Made by a program: the position numbers and the translations under genes | Shown here: positions 40,805 through 51,906 of the stretch, piece after piece | Position numbering within the stretch: the stretch's first letter is position 1 | Layout: each line of letters opens with the position of its first letter | Assembly: GCA_965222075.1 (NCBI GenBank) | Contig: OZ244937.1 | Coordinates: 288,001-352,000 of the forward strand | DNA length: 64,000 nucleotides | Reading direction: 5' to 3' | DNA from: Candidatus Latescibacterota bacterium | GTDB lineage: Bacteria; Latescibacterota; UBA2968; GCA-2709665 | Notes under the pieces: generated by a model | What the model saw: the letters and a program-made list of their open reading frames with translations, nothing else | The model's database searches: none | Told to the model about the DNA's origin: nothing

Positions 40805-43054
40805 ATGACGAACAAAAAGTTATATGCAACCAAATGCGAGATAGTTCAAAGCCTATTTGTTTGGAGTATGTCTTTTTTTTGTTTCGGTTTTGCCTTGTTT
40901 AGCACGCTTCCTTCTTTTGCAAAACAGAGGCCCCGAGTCGCACTTGTGCTCAGTGGGGGAGGCGCACGTGGGGGGGCACATATCGGCGTGTTGCGCGTGC
41001 TTGAGCGCGAAGGTGTACCCATTGATTTGATTGTGGGCGTGAGTTATGGTGCTCTGGTGGGAGGACTGTACGCTGCCGGATACTCTGTTGATAATGTCGA
41101 ACGCATTATTGTAGAAACAGACTGGTGGGAAATAACCAACAATAGCCCCGACCGCCGTCTGTCGAATTTGAATCGCAAACCAATGGCTGATCGTCAGATG
41201 CTTGCATTGCGCCTCGATAAATTGGAACTAAAATTGCCTTATGGGATTTTTGCCGGGCAAAAGATCCAGCATTTTCTCAATCAACTGACCCTTGGCGCAG
41301 CTTATCGGGCGCGAAACGATTTTGATCGGCTTCCAACGCCTTTTCGCGCAATTGCAACAGATATTTTATCTGGAGAACAGGTCGTGCTTAAAAATGGCTC
41401 GCTCGGCGCGGCAATCAGAGCGAGTATTTCTGTTCCCGGGGTGTTTGCGCCGGTAAGTACAGAACAAACCCATCTCGTAGATGGCGGCATTGTCAATAAT
41501 CTGCCTGTAGATATCGCATTAGACGCTGGAGCTGATTTTGTTATTGCCGTGGATTGTGCCACGCCTTTGCGTAATCAAAAGCACGAAATTGAAGATATCA
41601 TCGACGTCATCGATCAAGCTGTCAGTTTTCGAATTGAAGAAAAAAAAATGGCAAATCGAAAACGCGCTCATGTGCTGATAATGCCCAATTTGAAAAGATT
41701 TGATCCAGACGATTTTAATCGGTCATATACCTTGATTCCAATTGGAGAAAAAGAAACCGAAAAACATTTGGATGCGATCTGGAAGGCTCTGCAAACACTC
41801 GGAATTTCAAAGCGTGTTGGAAAGTCAAGACCGTCGATATTGCCAGATGAGTTTGGTTTCAAAACCTGGGCGGATATACCATCGGATATTGTAATTGATC
41901 GGGTTCGGATTGAGGGTTTAGAGCGCTATTCACAAGAGGCATTTACATCGCATTTGGAAAAGTTCATCAATAAGCCTATATCGTTTCGGAAACTGGAACG
42001 CGAATCTGGCCGGTTGTATGCAACCGGATTATTTCAAACGGTGGATTACCAGGTTATCTACCAGGAAAGCCACGCCGACTTGGTTTTTCGGGTGCTTGAA
42101 AACCCCCCCAGTGAGGTGAAAGTGGGACTTCGTTACGACAACGATTTTCGGGTTTCGGCACTGTGCGAGTTTGCACATCAAGATACTTATGGCCGCGTAG
42201 CAGAGTTTTATTTGCGCGGCCTATTGGGCAATTTGAATTTTGCTGAAATGAATTTAATTTTTCGCTCATCTAAGGTCCTGGGTTTTCTCGGGGAGATTCA
42301 AGGTTGGAGTCAAGATCGGTTGTATTTTCAAAATGGGCAACGCCAGGACGCGTATAACGAGAGGCGTCTTCGCACGCGATTGGGCATACAGGCTTTGTTC
42401 CACAGTTGGGGAGGTTTCAAAGTTGGGTATCAAGTTGAGCATGTCCGCATTCGCAATGCGGACCGTTCAATAGGCAATGCGTCTAAATATCTACCCGGCT
42501 TCTGGTTATCCGCAGGTATTGACACGCGAGACGATGCGTTTTTGCCAAAGCGGGGCATCTATTTTCAAACCCGGGGAAAATGGGTTTATCGGGCATTATC
42601 ACAAAAGCAGGTGCAAACACAGGTCGCGTACTTCGCCAGTCCCCATCCGAGATTGAGCGTGGGCCTTTGGTCGCACGGAGGCTATGTGACACAGTCTGCA
42701 CCGATTTATGAACGCTTCACATTAGGTGGTGCAGGACACTTTAGTAGCGCAGCATTGCGCGTTGTCGGTCTCAAACGAGATGAACTGAGGGTTTCCAGGT
42801 TCGTATCGGCGGGCATTTCTATTTGGATCCACCTGAAATTTTGGGAATCCATACCGCGCAGTGCTGTTGGAATTTTCTATCAGGGCGGTCTGTACAATTT
42901 GACTCCCAATCCGCATCGACCCAATACCCATATCCATGGTTTTGGTATTGGGGGTTATATCAACACAACGATTTTAGGCCCCATTCGTGTTGAGATTGTG
43001 AGCACAGAAAAAAAAGATATCCAGATTTATACCGCAATCGGATTTGCGTTTTGA
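40805..43054 (+). CDS. Patatin phospholipase + POTRA + beta-barrel (PlpD-like)
   Basis: LSGGGARG, GVSYG and DGG motifs; POTRA LYATGLF; C-terminal IGFAF. Confidence 0.85.
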   Translation: MTNKKLYATKCEIVQSLFVWSMSFFCFGFALFSTLPSFAKQRPRVALVLSGGGARGGAHIGVLRVLEREGVPIDLIVGVSYGALVGGLYAAGYSVDNVERIIVETDWWEITNNSPDRRLSNLNRKPMADRQMLALRLDKLELKLPYGIFAGQKIQHFLNQLTLGAAYRARNDFDRLPTPFRAIATDILSGEQVVLKNGSLGAAIRASISVPGVFAPVSTEQTHLVDGGIVNNLPVDIALDAGADFVIAVDCATPLRNQKHEIEDIIDVIDQAVSFRIEEKKMANRKRAHVLIMPNLKRFDPDDFNRSYTLIPIGEKETEKHLDAIWKALQTLGISKRVGKSRPSILPDEFGFKTWADIPSDIVIDRVRIEGLERYSQEAFTSHLEKFINKPISFRKLERESGRLYATGLFQTVDYQVIYQESHADLVFRVLENPPSEVKVGLRYDNDFRVSALCEFAHQDTYGRVAEFYLRGLLGNLNFAEMNLIFRSSKVLGFLGEIQGWSQDRLYFQNGQRQDAYNERRLRTRLGIQALFHSWGGFKVGYQVEHVRIRNADRSIGNASKYLPGFWLSAGIDTRDDAFLPKRGIYFQTRGKWVYRALSQKQVQTQVAYFASPHPRLSVGLWSHGGYVTQSAPIYERFTLGGAGHFSSAALRVVGLKRDELRVSRFVSAGISIWIHLKFWESIPRSAVGIFYQGGLYNLTPNPHRPNTHIHGFGIGGYINTTILGPIRVEIVSTEKKDIQIYTAIGFAF

Positions 43055-43084
43055 TGCGTTAAAAATTTCTGATCCATCTGTTCA

Positions 43085-43484
43085 GCTTCGGGTTATCCCA
43101 ATCACCTTGATAGGAATATTGATGATCAGGCAGATTCAGTGTGGCATCAATGGGATACACACGGCCTCCATCGGGATGAGCATATCCCGCGCGAAAGATC
43201 GTGATCTGTCCGAAGATGGAGACATAGGACGAGTTCACCGTCTCCTTATACCTCATCGGAAGATTTTCTTCCGAAAGGGGTGGATTCAAGGCTTCATACC
43301 CGTCGCCAGACAAAGCGACAAAAGCCTCCAGAAAGCCCCGGCCTACCCTCTGAATCCGGCGAAACAGAGTCTGTTCGACTTCGTGGAGCTCTTCTTGGCC
43401 CACAGCCCCTACAACATATTCCTTGATCTGGGCAAAGGCTTCATCCAGGCTTTCAAAAAGGGCTTCTTTTTCGTTGCGGAGCAC
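43085..43484 (-). pseudogene. ISKra4-like transposase N-terminal fragment
   Basis: LHEVE..YVSIFG..YPIDATLNLP..YSY. Confidence 0.6.
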
Positions 43485-43566
43485 GCAGACAGGTCGCTTT
43501 ATGCAAATAATTCAACTACCGATTTTACAAGCAATTGATACGCCCATGATTTCCTACACACTCAAA

Positions 43567-46284
43567 ATGATATTTTCCAAACAGAACGCCATTTTACTCT
43601 TGTCAGTGCTCACTTTTTCTGTTCCGATAGAATCCACACCTCAGGAGGATTTACCTCCACCAGGATACAGGATTCACCGATCTATTCCTCCGCAGGGTGC
43701 CAGGACCTACATGGTAATTCCAGGGGAAAGGTTTCGGGCCAGCGGGTTCAAACGCTGGTTCTACGGCAGCAATTACCGGGATCTCTGGACCACCCCTATC
43801 GAGGTTGCGGTCCTTGACCTCGACAGCGTAGGAGGTGGCTTGACGCCGCTTCGCACCGGCGGATTCGGACAGTCCATCTCTCTTCACTTTACGGGACAAG
43901 ACGGTCGTCGATATACGGTTCGTTCCCTGGATAAAGATCCTACCAAAAGAATATGGGACGAACTCAAGGGTACGGTCGTGGACGACGTCCTTCAGGACTT
44001 GATCAGCGCGCTTCTACCGACAGGAGCACTCGTGGTTGACCCGCTGATGGAAGCCACTGGTATCCTCCATTCCAAGCATAGGCTCGTAGTAATTCCGGAT
44101 GATCCGAAGCTGGGAGAATACCGCGAAGAGTTTGCTGGCCTTATCGGAATGCTGCAAGAACATCCGTCTGAAGGGGCGGACGATACACCCGGCTTTGCGG
44201 GTTCCCGGAAGATCAGTGGAACGGAGAAGTTATGGGAACACCTTGAAGAAAGTCCTTGCAACCGCGTTGATGCCCGTGCCTATCTAAAAGCGAAACTGAT
44301 GGATTTTCTCATCAACGACAAAGACCGCCATTACGGCCAGTGGAGATGGGCGCGGTTCCCCGATGGCGATTGTCATACCTATCTTCCAATACCCGAGGAT
44401 CGCGACCAGGCTTTTATCGGCTTCAAGGGATTTGCTATGGCAGTGGCGCGCAAAAGGCTCCCCAGACAAATCAAGTTCGACGCCACGTATCCGGATCTGG
44501 TGGGCCTATCGACTACTGGCTGGGAGATGGACCGCGAGTTTCTGGTCGAACTCGATAAGACCGCGTGGGATTCGGTAGTAACGGTGTTTCGCAGAGACCT
44601 ACCCGACCAGGTCATTGCGGATGCCGTGCGGAAGCTCCCACCACCGTATTACAAGATGGTTGGGGAAGCTCTTGCAAAGGCCCTCAAATCGAGACGGGAC
44701 GCATTGCCTGAATTTGCCAGCAGATACTATGAATTGATTACCCGCCAGGCCGAAATCCAGGCGACCGATCAGGACGAGTACGTCCAGTGTGAGCACATGC
44801 CGAACGGTGATCTCGTGGTCCGTATCGGTCTGATAGAAGGCACTGGTGGAGAAAGGAAGACGCCCTATTTCCAAAGAACGTTCCACCCCGAAGAAACTCG
44901 GGAAGTCCGAATATACCTCCGGGGAGGAGATGATCGTGCGGACATATCAGGGACAAAGGGGCAGATTGTCGTTCGCATTGATGGTGGCGGTGGAGATGAC
45001 ACACTCACAAACTTATCCGAGGCTGGTGCCTCAAAGACCCGGTTTTATGATTTTCGTGGAAAAAATCGGTTCGCAAAAGGCAAAGGAGCGAAACTCGACG
45101 AGCGACCCTACAAGCGTCCTCCCGCACGGCTTCTCCGTGCAAGGTATGCACTGGATTGGGGCATGCAGACTGGTACTTTCCCGATTATCAGGGTAAATCC
45201 AGATCTGGATGTATTCGTGGGAGTGACCAACCAGCGGCAGTATTTCGGCTATCGAAAAGATCCTTTCTCTTCGGAACATTTTTTTAGGATCGGGCTGGCG
45301 AAAGACAATGATCTCGAGGGGATCAAGCCCTTTGTCTCCTATACCGGAAACTTTCGCCAACTAATGCGCGACTTCGATACCAGAATCTACTTCAAGTACT
45401 CCGGAATCCAGGTAATCCGGTTCAACGGATTCGGTAACAAAACGGAGATTCCGCATCCTTCTTCCTTCTATAAGGTGGAGCAAAATCATTTCGTTTTCGC
45501 ACCGGCCTTCGAATTTCGAGGAGGAGAGTATAAAGAAGATATGCCTCGTGTTGGTATGGAATCGCTTCGCTCGAAATTAACCATTGACTTTGGGCCGATT
45601 ATCAAGTATTCAAACACACCACTCAGTTCCAATAAGGAAAAATTTATCGGTTCGCTTGATCACTCACTGTACGGTACGGGTTCCTTCGGTCAGGTAGGCG
45701 CACAGGGTGAAGTCGTGTACGACACGCGTAACAGTCCAGGGTATCCCACTCATGGGGTCAGGGTCAGGGTTGCCGGAGCCATCTATCCGGGAGTCTGGAA
45801 TGTAGAATCGACCTTTGGCAGCATAGATGGGGAAGCCAGTACTTACCTGACTGCTCGTATTCCGACTAACCCCACCCTTGCCTTAAGGGCGGGTAGCAAG
45901 AAGGTGTGGGGGACCTTTCCCTTCTACGAGAGTGCCTTTCTGGGCGGGTCTGGTTTTGTCGGCAGCGGCATATCCAGTGACAATTTACGCGGTTTCCGGA
46001 AAAATCGGTTCGCTGGAGGTACCTCGCTGTATGGAAATTCCGAACTGCGGCTGGTTCTGACCAAAATCAAGCTTTTGGTGTCGGGAGAGTTGGGCTTGTT
46101 CGGTGCGGCTGATGCTGGACAGGTGATTTATGACGAAGATCTGGACAATGCTGGTAAATGGCACACCAGTATCGGAGGTGGATTCTGGCTGTCTTTCCTC
46201 CAGCGCCAGCAGACCTTGAGCGCGGCAGTCGTAAAAGGCGATGACTTGACGGGCGTATATCTGCGCGCTGGTTTTATGTTCTAA
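43567..46284 (+). CDS. Omp85/BamA-type barrel protein with kinase-like N-terminal region
   Basis: YRDLW, GGFGQS and DKDRHYGQWRW motifs; LRGFRKNRFAG; C-terminal AGFMF. Confidence 0.75.
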   Translation: MIFSKQNAILLLSVLTFSVPIESTPQEDLPPPGYRIHRSIPPQGARTYMVIPGERFRASGFKRWFYGSNYRDLWTTPIEVAVLDLDSVGGGLTPLRTGGFGQSISLHFTGQDGRRYTVRSLDKDPTKRIWDELKGTVVDDVLQDLISALLPTGALVVDPLMEATGILHSKHRLVVIPDDPKLGEYREEFAGLIGMLQEHPSEGADDTPGFAGSRKISGTEKLWEHLEESPCNRVDARAYLKAKLMDFLINDKDRHYGQWRWARFPDGDCHTYLPIPEDRDQAFIGFKGFAMAVARKRLPRQIKFDATYPDLVGLSTTGWEMDREFLVELDKTAWDSVVTVFRRDLPDQVIADAVRKLPPPYYKMVGEALAKALKSRRDALPEFASRYYELITRQAEIQATDQDEYVQCEHMPNGDLVVRIGLIEGTGGERKTPYFQRTFHPEETREVRIYLRGGDDRADISGTKGQIVVRIDGGGGDDTLTNLSEAGASKTRFYDFRGKNRFAKGKGAKLDERPYKRPPARLLRARYALDWGMQTGTFPIIRVNPDLDVFVGVTNQRQYFGYRKDPFSSEHFFRIGLAKDNDLEGIKPFVSYTGNFRQLMRDFDTRIYFKYSGIQVIRFNGFGNKTEIPHPSSFYKVEQNHFVFAPAFEFRGGEYKEDMPRVGMESLRSKLTIDFGPIIKYSNTPLSSNKEKFIGSLDHSLYGTGSFGQVGAQGEVVYDTRNSPGYPTHGVRVRVAGAIYPGVWNVESTFGSIDGEASTYLTARIPTNPTLALRAGSKKVWGTFPFYESAFLGGSGFVGSGISSDNLRGFRKNRFAGGTSLYGNSELRLVLTKIKLLVSGELGLFGAADAGQVIYDEDLDNAGKWHTSIGGGFWLSFLQRQQTLSAAVVKGDDLTGVYLRAGFMF

Positions 46285-46363
46285 CCTTGATTCGTCAATA
46301 AGGTAGCGGGATTTCGGGGTATTGAAAACGAAGGTGTAATGTGAAGAAATCCATATTTTCCTA

Positions 46364-47299
46364 ATGAAGGAGGATGCTATGTTCAACAACATCATCATAC
46401 GTCTCGCCGTTTACTATATCACCTGGCTTTTGATTCTCAATGCGATTTTTCACCTCTTCCCCCAAATTCTCCATTACGTCGCCCAGGAGCGTGAACGCAT
46501 ATTCGTAGGGCAATCCCTTGACTCCGGGTCCGATGTTTCCGTTCCACTTGGAAACATTAAAGAAGGGATAAACCGGCTTTCCGATCCGGAACACACGATT
46601 CCAGTTGTGGTCGCTATGGTGCTGGCCTTCGCGGTTACCCTGCCAATTACCTGGGTATATGGCTGGACGCGGCCGCCCAAGAAATACAGTCAATCCTTTG
46701 CACACACTCTGCTCGTGATGCCTGTCGTCATAGCGCTGGTTGTTTTTTTGGTTAAGGGTAGTCTTGCCCTTGCGTTCAGCCTGGCGGGCATCGTGGCCGC
46801 CGTCAGTTTTCGGATCTCGCTCAAAGAGACCATGGATGCCGTGTACATGTTTATGGCCATCGGGATAGGGCTGGCGGCTGGCACACAGCTTACTACAGTG
46901 GCCTACCTCGTATCGTTGGCTTTCGTCACCATAATACTGAGCGTGTGGAAAACCAATTATGGAGCACAACCACCAGTACTATCCGGCTGGAGAATTGTTC
47001 CACCTGATCACTCGGTCCATACCTCTGAAGCAAAGGCCATTGCCACCGGAAATCCCTATGATGCCCAGATTACAGTACATACCAAAGAGGTCAAATCGAC
47101 GCAAAAAGCAACAGCTCAAATCTTGAAATCCAGTACCAAACAGTGGCAGGTAGCAAATGTGATCGAGAATGAGGATGGAACGGCCATCGTTGTGTATGAT
47201 GTTTCGTTAAAACAATCCGTCAATCTGCCTGCCCTTATCCGGGATATAGAAAAAAACGGAAAAAAGCACATCAAAAGCGTAGAACTAACCGGAGTTTAG
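46364..47299 (+). CDS. DUF4956-like membrane protein
   Basis: SLALAFSLAGIVAAVSFR..YMFMAIGIGLAAG. Confidence 0.75.
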   Translation: MKEDAMFNNIIIRLAVYYITWLLILNAIFHLFPQILHYVAQERERIFVGQSLDSGSDVSVPLGNIKEGINRLSDPEHTIPVVVAMVLAFAVTLPITWVYGWTRPPKKYSQSFAHTLLVMPVVIALVVFLVKGSLALAFSLAGIVAAVSFRISLKETMDAVYMFMAIGIGLAAGTQLTTVAYLVSLAFVTIILSVWKTNYGAQPPVLSGWRIVPPDHSVHTSEAKAIATGNPYDAQITVHTKEVKSTQKATAQILKSSTKQWQVANVIENEDGTAIVVYDVSLKQSVNLPALIRDIEKNGKKHIKSVELTGV

Positions 47300-47397
47300 A
47301 CAAATTGAAGGTTGTAATCAGTAATCTCAAAGCCTCCCTGCATCAGAGAGGTCAGATAGGCACAAACTGAAGAGAACTTATAACAGTATAATTGCAA

Positions 47398-48384
47398 ATG
47401 AAGAATCACACAGATAAATTCCTGCTGGGCTTCCTTGGTTTTGGCATTTTTCTCTACCTGTTGTCGATGGGCTATAGAGAGGATCTATCCTCAGATCTTA
47501 GTGGAAACACATCAAATACAGATCCAGATACTTCGATTTCAGATACTTCGATCGTCCTCCCTTTGGCGGACACAATGGCTGTATTACAAAGGAAAATATC
47601 TCTCGAAAGCTATACACTAAACGCAGAGACCGCGACGCACTGGAAGCTACCCATGCCTCTTGAGGAGATATCTGGTTTGGCAATGACCAGAGACAACCGA
47701 CTCCTGGCGCACAATGATGAAAAAGGGGCCATTTTCGAGATTGATTATCAGAATGGGTCAATCGTAAAAGCATTCCAACTGGCGGATATAAAGCACCCGG
47801 TTGCCGGTGATTTCGAGGGCATTGCAACAATTGGCGACCAGATCTATTTGGTCACAAGTTCAGGGCGACTATACGAGTGTCGTGAGGGAATAGCTGGCGA
47901 GTCCGTTCTCTTTAATGTCTATACGACTGGGGTCGGCAGAGATTGCGAAATAGAGGGCTTGACGTATGACGAGAGCCAGCGAGCACTCTTACTGATGTGC
48001 AAGGACTCTCGTAGCGCAGACATGGAGGGACAGTTGGCAGTATATCATTGGTCAATTGACGAGAAACAGCTAAGAGAAGATGCACATACTGTAATACCTG
48101 TCGTTGAATTCTCTCGGCACATCAAGGGAAAGAAATTCCAGCCTTCCGGAATTGAGCGACACCCTGTGTCAGGAAATTACTTTGTTGTAGCTGCTCGTCA
48201 GGGGGCTATCGCGGAGATCACGCCGGGTGGCAAGGTCGTTGCAGTCAGGCAATTTCCTGCCCGGTGGCATCTTCAGGTTGAAGGGATTACTTTCGCTGCG
48301 GACGGCACGCTAATCGTTGCCGATGAAGGCGCAGGGAGAAAAGCGAGACTAACCCTTTACCCGGTCTCTGATAGTCGGCAATAA
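47398..48384 (+). CDS. SdiA-regulated (YjiK-like) beta-propeller protein
   Basis: EISGL, HNDE, DFEGI, EIEGL, PSGI, QVEGITF and ADEG motifs. Confidence 0.75.
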   Translation: MKNHTDKFLLGFLGFGIFLYLLSMGYREDLSSDLSGNTSNTDPDTSISDTSIVLPLADTMAVLQRKISLESYTLNAETATHWKLPMPLEEISGLAMTRDNRLLAHNDEKGAIFEIDYQNGSIVKAFQLADIKHPVAGDFEGIATIGDQIYLVTSSGRLYECREGIAGESVLFNVYTTGVGRDCEIEGLTYDESQRALLLMCKDSRSADMEGQLAVYHWSIDEKQLREDAHTVIPVVEFSRHIKGKKFQPSGIERHPVSGNYFVVAARQGAIAEITPGGKVVAVRQFPARWHLQVEGITFAADGTLIVADEGAGRKARLTLYPVSDSRQ

Positions 48385-48441
48385 CAGCAACACCATAAAC
48401 CAAAGCTATTTCAAAGTCGCTCATAACAAAAGTTAGTATTC

Positions 48442-48512
48442 GGGACGGCACGGGGACCGTTCCCTACAATGATATTTTATCGGTTTATAGGGGCGCCCCC
48501 CTGTGGTCGCCC
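48442..48512. repeat. Pair of GTAG-type REP-like palindromes
   Basis: Minus strand GTAGGGAACGG..CCGTCCC; plus strand ATAGGGGCG..CGCCC. Confidence 0.55.
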
Positions 48513-48548
48513 GCGCCACGCGCAACACAACGCCAGTAATCCACATAA

Positions 48549-48581
48549 ACAAAGCCCGCCGGAAAAACCGACGGGCTTTGT
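48549..48581. terminator. Intrinsic terminator downstream of tRNA-CAT
   Basis: ACAAAGCCCG..CGGGCTTTGT stem with T-rich flanks. Confidence 0.7.
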
Positions 48582-48592
48582 TATTTTTCTAA

Positions 48593-48665
48593 TAGCGGCG
48601 GAGGGACTCGAACCCCCGACCCATGGATTATGATTCCACTGCTCTACCAGCTGAGCTACGCCGCC
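48593..48665 (-). tRNA. tRNA anticodon CAT (elongator Met likely; Ile2 not excluded); CCA not encoded
   Basis: GGCGGCGTAGCTCAGCTGGTAGAGCAGTGGAATCATAATCCATGGGTCGGGGGTTCGAGTCCCTCCGCCGCTA. Confidence 0.93.
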
Positions 48666-48684
48666 ACCCTGGTTTTGTGGAGAA

Positions 48685-48713
48685 AAAATACAAGGAACCC
48701 CCGGGGTTGTCAA
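48685..48713 (-). promoter_or_regulatory. Sigma-70 promoter for the tRNA
   Basis: TTGACA-N17-TATTTT. Confidence 0.6.
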
Positions 48714-48736
48714 GGGCGAATGTCGTGAGAAAACCA

Positions 48737-48765
48737 TTGACAACCGTCCCGCGATATGGTACACT
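48737..48765 (+). promoter_or_regulatory. Sigma-70 promoter for the nfeD operon
   Basis: TTGACA-N17-TACACT with extended TG. Confidence 0.7.
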
Positions 48766-48817
48766 GAAAGTGGATAAAAGGGGATATTCCGTAAAGCTGT
48801 TTTGATAGGGACCTGCT

Positions 48818-50167
48818 ATGATGCGTGGGTTGTGTTTTGTCCTGGCTGCGGGGCTGATGTTGGGCCTGAGCGTTTCCCCATCGGCGGGAGAAACGGTCTA
48901 TGTGGTGCCGATTCAGGGGACCATTGAGAAGGGGCTGGCCGCCTTTGTTTCCCGGGTGATGGACGAGGCTGAGGAGGTGGGGGCCGCGGCGGTGATTTTT
49001 GAGATTGACACGCCGGGGGGGGCGCTGGATGCAGCACTGACGGTCCGGGACGCGATCCTCTACAGCGATGTGAATACGATCGCTTTTATCAATCCCCGGG
49101 CGATTTCGGCGGGTGCGCTGATTTCGCTGGCGACCAGACACATCGTGATGGTGGAGGGGGGCACGATCGGCGCGGCCACGGCCGTGAATATGCAGGGGGA
49201 AAAGGCCAGTGAGAAGATTATTTCCTATTTCCGGAATGAGATGAAGGCAACGGCCGAGAAGACGGGCCGCCCGCCCGAGCTGGCCGAGGCGATGGTGGAT
49301 GAAGATGTGGACGTGCCCGAACTGGCCCCGAAGGGGAAGCTGCTGACGCTGACGACCGAAGAGGCGGTCGCGCAGAAGGTGGCCGAATATAAGGTCGCCT
49401 CGACGCACGAAGAGGAAAAACTCCGGGAGGTGCTCAAGTTCTACGGGCTGGAAGGGGCTGCTGTTTTCCACCAGTCGGTGAACTGGGCGGAGCAGGTTGT
49501 CCGCTGGCTCACGTATCCTTATGTTGCATCGCTTCTGCTTTCTCTGGGTTTTCTGGGGCTGATCTTTGAGATTCAGAGTCCGGGCTGGGGCGTGGGCGGG
49601 ACGGTCGGCCTGATCTGCCTGGGGTTTTTTTTCGGCAGCCATCTGCTGGTTGAGCTGGCCGACTGGAGCGAGGTGCTGCTGTTCCTGATCGGCGTTCTCC
49701 TTGTGGTGGCCGACCTCTTTTTCATCAACGGCTTCGGCGTGCTGGGCATTCCCGGAATCGCGCTGATGTTCGCCGGTATTTTTCTCAGCCTGATGGGGCG
49801 GTCCGAACTCTGGACCTGGGAGGCGGTTAGTGAGATTGCAGAGCCCCTGCTGCTGAGTTTCGTTGTTACAGTCGTTCTGGCCATTCTGATGTTGAGAGGC
49901 CTGCCCCGCACATCCGCCTGGAGCCGGCTTGTGCTTCATACCGAAGAGAAGGCTGAAGAGGGGTATCGGGCGACTTCCGGGTACGAGGATCTGGTGGGCG
50001 CAAAAGGGGTGGCTTTTACCCCCCTCCGGCCGGGGGGCACGGGCGTCTTTGACGGGCGCAGGCTCAGCGTGGCTACCGAAGGCGATTTCATCGAAAAGGA
50101 TACGCCGATTACCATCATGGAAGTCGAGGGCAACCGGATCGTGGTCCGAAAGGCCGACGAGGCCTGA
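48818..50167 (+). CDS. nfeD: NfeD-family membrane-bound serine protease
   Basis: [14 protein letters not shown] and LLTLT motifs; TM region; C-terminal LRPGG OB domain. Confidence 0.9.
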   Translation: MMRGLCFVLAAGLMLGLSVSPSAGETVYVVPIQGTIEKGLAAFVSRVMDEAEEVGAAAVIFEIDTPGGALDAALTVRDAILYSDVNTIAFINPRAISAGALISLATRHIVMVEGGTIGAATAVNMQGEKASEKIISYFRNEMKATAEKTGRPPELAEAMVDEDVDVPELAPKGKLLTLTTEEAVAQKVAEYKVASTHEEEKLREVLKFYGLEGAAVFHQSVNWAEQVVRWLTYPYVASLLLSLGFLGLIFEIQSPGWGVGGTVGLICLGFFFGSHLLVELADWSEVLLFLIGVLLVVADLFFINGFGVLGIPGIALMFAGIFLSLMGRSELWTWEAVSEIAEPLLLSFVVTVVLAILMLRGLPRTSAWSRLVLHTEEKAEEGYRATSGYEDLVGAKGVAFTPLRPGGTGVFDGRRLSVATEGDFIEKDTPITIMEVEGNRIVVRKADEA

Positions 50168-50193
50168 GACACTTATCATTAAAGGAGTTATCT

Positions 50194-51186
50194 ATGGCAG
50201 GCTTTACGCTTCTGCTGGGAGTGATCGGCCTGATCGTGTTGGCATTGCTGTTTTTCTACTTTATCCCGGTGGCGCTCTGGATTTCCGCCCTGGCGGCGCG
50301 TGTGCGGATCGGCATTGGGGAGTTGATCGGAATGCGCCTGCGCCGGGTGCCGCCCCGGGTTATCCTGGGGTCTCAGATCAGCGCCACGAAGGCCGGGCTG
50401 GATATCCCGACGGCGTTCTTAGAGGCCCACTTTTTGGCCGGAGGGATGGTTGAAAACGTGGTTACCGCCCTGATTGCGGCGGACAAGGCGGGCATTTCGC
50501 TGAGCCATGAGAGGGCTGCGGCCATTGATCTGGCCGGCCGGGACGTGCTGGAGGCGGTGCAGGTCAGCGTCAACCCAAAGGTGATTTCCACGCCGATGGT
50601 GACGGCGGTGGCCAAAGACGGCATCCAGGTGAAGGCCACGTCCCGGGTTACGGTACGGGCAAATATCGAACGGCTGGTGGGGGGCGCGGGGGAAGAGACG
50701 ATTGTTGCGCGGGTGGGGGAGGGAATTGTGACGACCATCGGGTCTGCAGAGACCCATAAGGATGTGCTTGAAAACCCCGATCGGATTTCCAAGACGGTGC
50801 TGGACAAGGGGTTGGACTCGGGGACGGCTTACGAGATCCTCTCTATCGATATCGCCGATGTGGATGTGGGAGACAATATCGGCGCGAAGCTTCAGACCGA
50901 TCAGGCCGAGGCCGATTTGAAGATCGCCCGGGCAAAGGCCGAGGAGCGGCGGGCAATGGCGGTGGCACACGAGCAGGAGATGAGCGCCCGGGTCGAGGAG
51001 ATGCGCGCCCGGGTGGTCGAGGCCGAGGCCGAGGTGCCCCGGGCGATGGCCGAGGCCTTCCGGAGCGGCAACTTAGGGGTGATGGATTACTACCGGATGC
51101 GCAATATCCAGGCCGATACGTCGATGCGCGAGGGGATTGCCGGGGAGCAGGAAGAAGAAGGGGGTCAGGAAGGCAGCAGCCCGTGA
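50194..51186 (+). CDS. floA: Flotillin-like protein FloA
   Basis: [32 protein letters not shown] and GVMDYY motifs. Confidence 0.95.
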   Translation: MAGFTLLLGVIGLIVLALLFFYFIPVALWISALAARVRIGIGELIGMRLRRVPPRVILGSQISATKAGLDIPTAFLEAHFLAGGMVENVVTALIAADKAGISLSHERAAAIDLAGRDVLEAVQVSVNPKVISTPMVTAVAKDGIQVKATSRVTVRANIERLVGGAGEETIVARVGEGIVTTIGSAETHKDVLENPDRISKTVLDKGLDSGTAYEILSIDIADVDVGDNIGAKLQTDQAEADLKIARAKAEERRAMAVAHEQEMSARVEEMRARVVEAEAEVPRAMAEAFRSGNLGVMDYYRMRNIQADTSMREGIAGEQEEEGGQEGSSP

Positions 51187-51668
51187 ACTATGAGATTCTG
51201 ATCCTCCTTTTTCTCCTGTTCGCTGTGATTTCCTCGATAATCAACAAATTGCAGGCGAGGCGGCGTTCGCAGGAGCTTGAGGAGGAGGATTTACCGGAGT
51301 CGGTCTATCGTCCCGAAAAAGACGAGGTTGACCTGTCTGAGTGGGAGGTGTTTCCCCAGGTCGAACCCCCCCGGGCCGAGCCGGCCGAACAGGAGTTTCA
51401 AGAGGTGCGGGGCGCACGCCGCGTGGAGGAGACCGATACCGGGAAGGAGTTTCAGGAGGTCAGGGGCGCACGTCCTGTGACCGAGCCCTCTCCTTTTGCG
51501 GCCACCAGCGCGCCGGAGCCGGAATTGACCGTAGCAGACCAGCGTTCCATAAGCCCGGTGCGGAAGCGGCGGAAGAAGCGCCTCGGTTTTAAACGGGATA
51601 CGGTGCGAAGGGCCATCCTCTACAACGAGATTCTCGGCCCGCCCCGGGCGGATCGCATGCCCTGGTGA
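51183..51668 (+). CDS. YqfB-like hypothetical protein
   Basis: N-terminal TM; C-terminal [13 protein letters not shown]; follows floA. Confidence 0.65.
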   Translation: MNYEILILLFLLFAVISSIINKLQARRRSQELEEEDLPESVYRPEKDEVDLSEWEVFPQVEPPRAEPAEQEFQEVRGARRVEETDTGKEFQEVRGARPVTEPSPFAATSAPEPELTVADQRSISPVRKRRKKRLGFKRDTVRRAILYNEILGPPRADRMPW

Positions 51669-51701
51669 TTGAGGAAAAGGGGTCAGTCCCTGCCTTTTTC
51701 C

Positions 51702-51730
51702 TTGACAGTGTGGACGGTGATTGAGATATT
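51702..51730 (+). promoter_or_regulatory. Sigma-70 promoter for tRNA-Leu
   Basis: TTGACA-N17-GATATT with extended TG. Confidence 0.55.
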
Positions 51731-51751
51731 GTTGCTTCCGGATATTGATGT

Positions 51752-51838
51752 GCCGAAGTGGTGGAATTGGTAGACGCGCCGGACTCAAAATCCGGTGGCC
51801 GCAAGGCCGTGTGGGTTCGAGTCCCACCTTCGGCACCA
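51752..51838 (+). tRNA. tRNA-Leu(CAA)
   Basis: GCCGAAG acceptor stem, CAA anticodon, long variable arm, TTCGA, 3' CCA. Confidence 0.96.
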
Positions 51839-51854
51839 GGAATATGGTTCATAA

Positions 51855-51906
51855 AATAAAAGCACTTATGTTCCCCTCTTGCCGGGGCGGCGTAAGTGCT
51901 TTTATT
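51855..51906. terminator. Bidirectional terminator-like hairpin
   Basis: AATAAAAGCACTTA..TAAGTGCTTTTATT between convergent genes. Confidence 0.65.
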
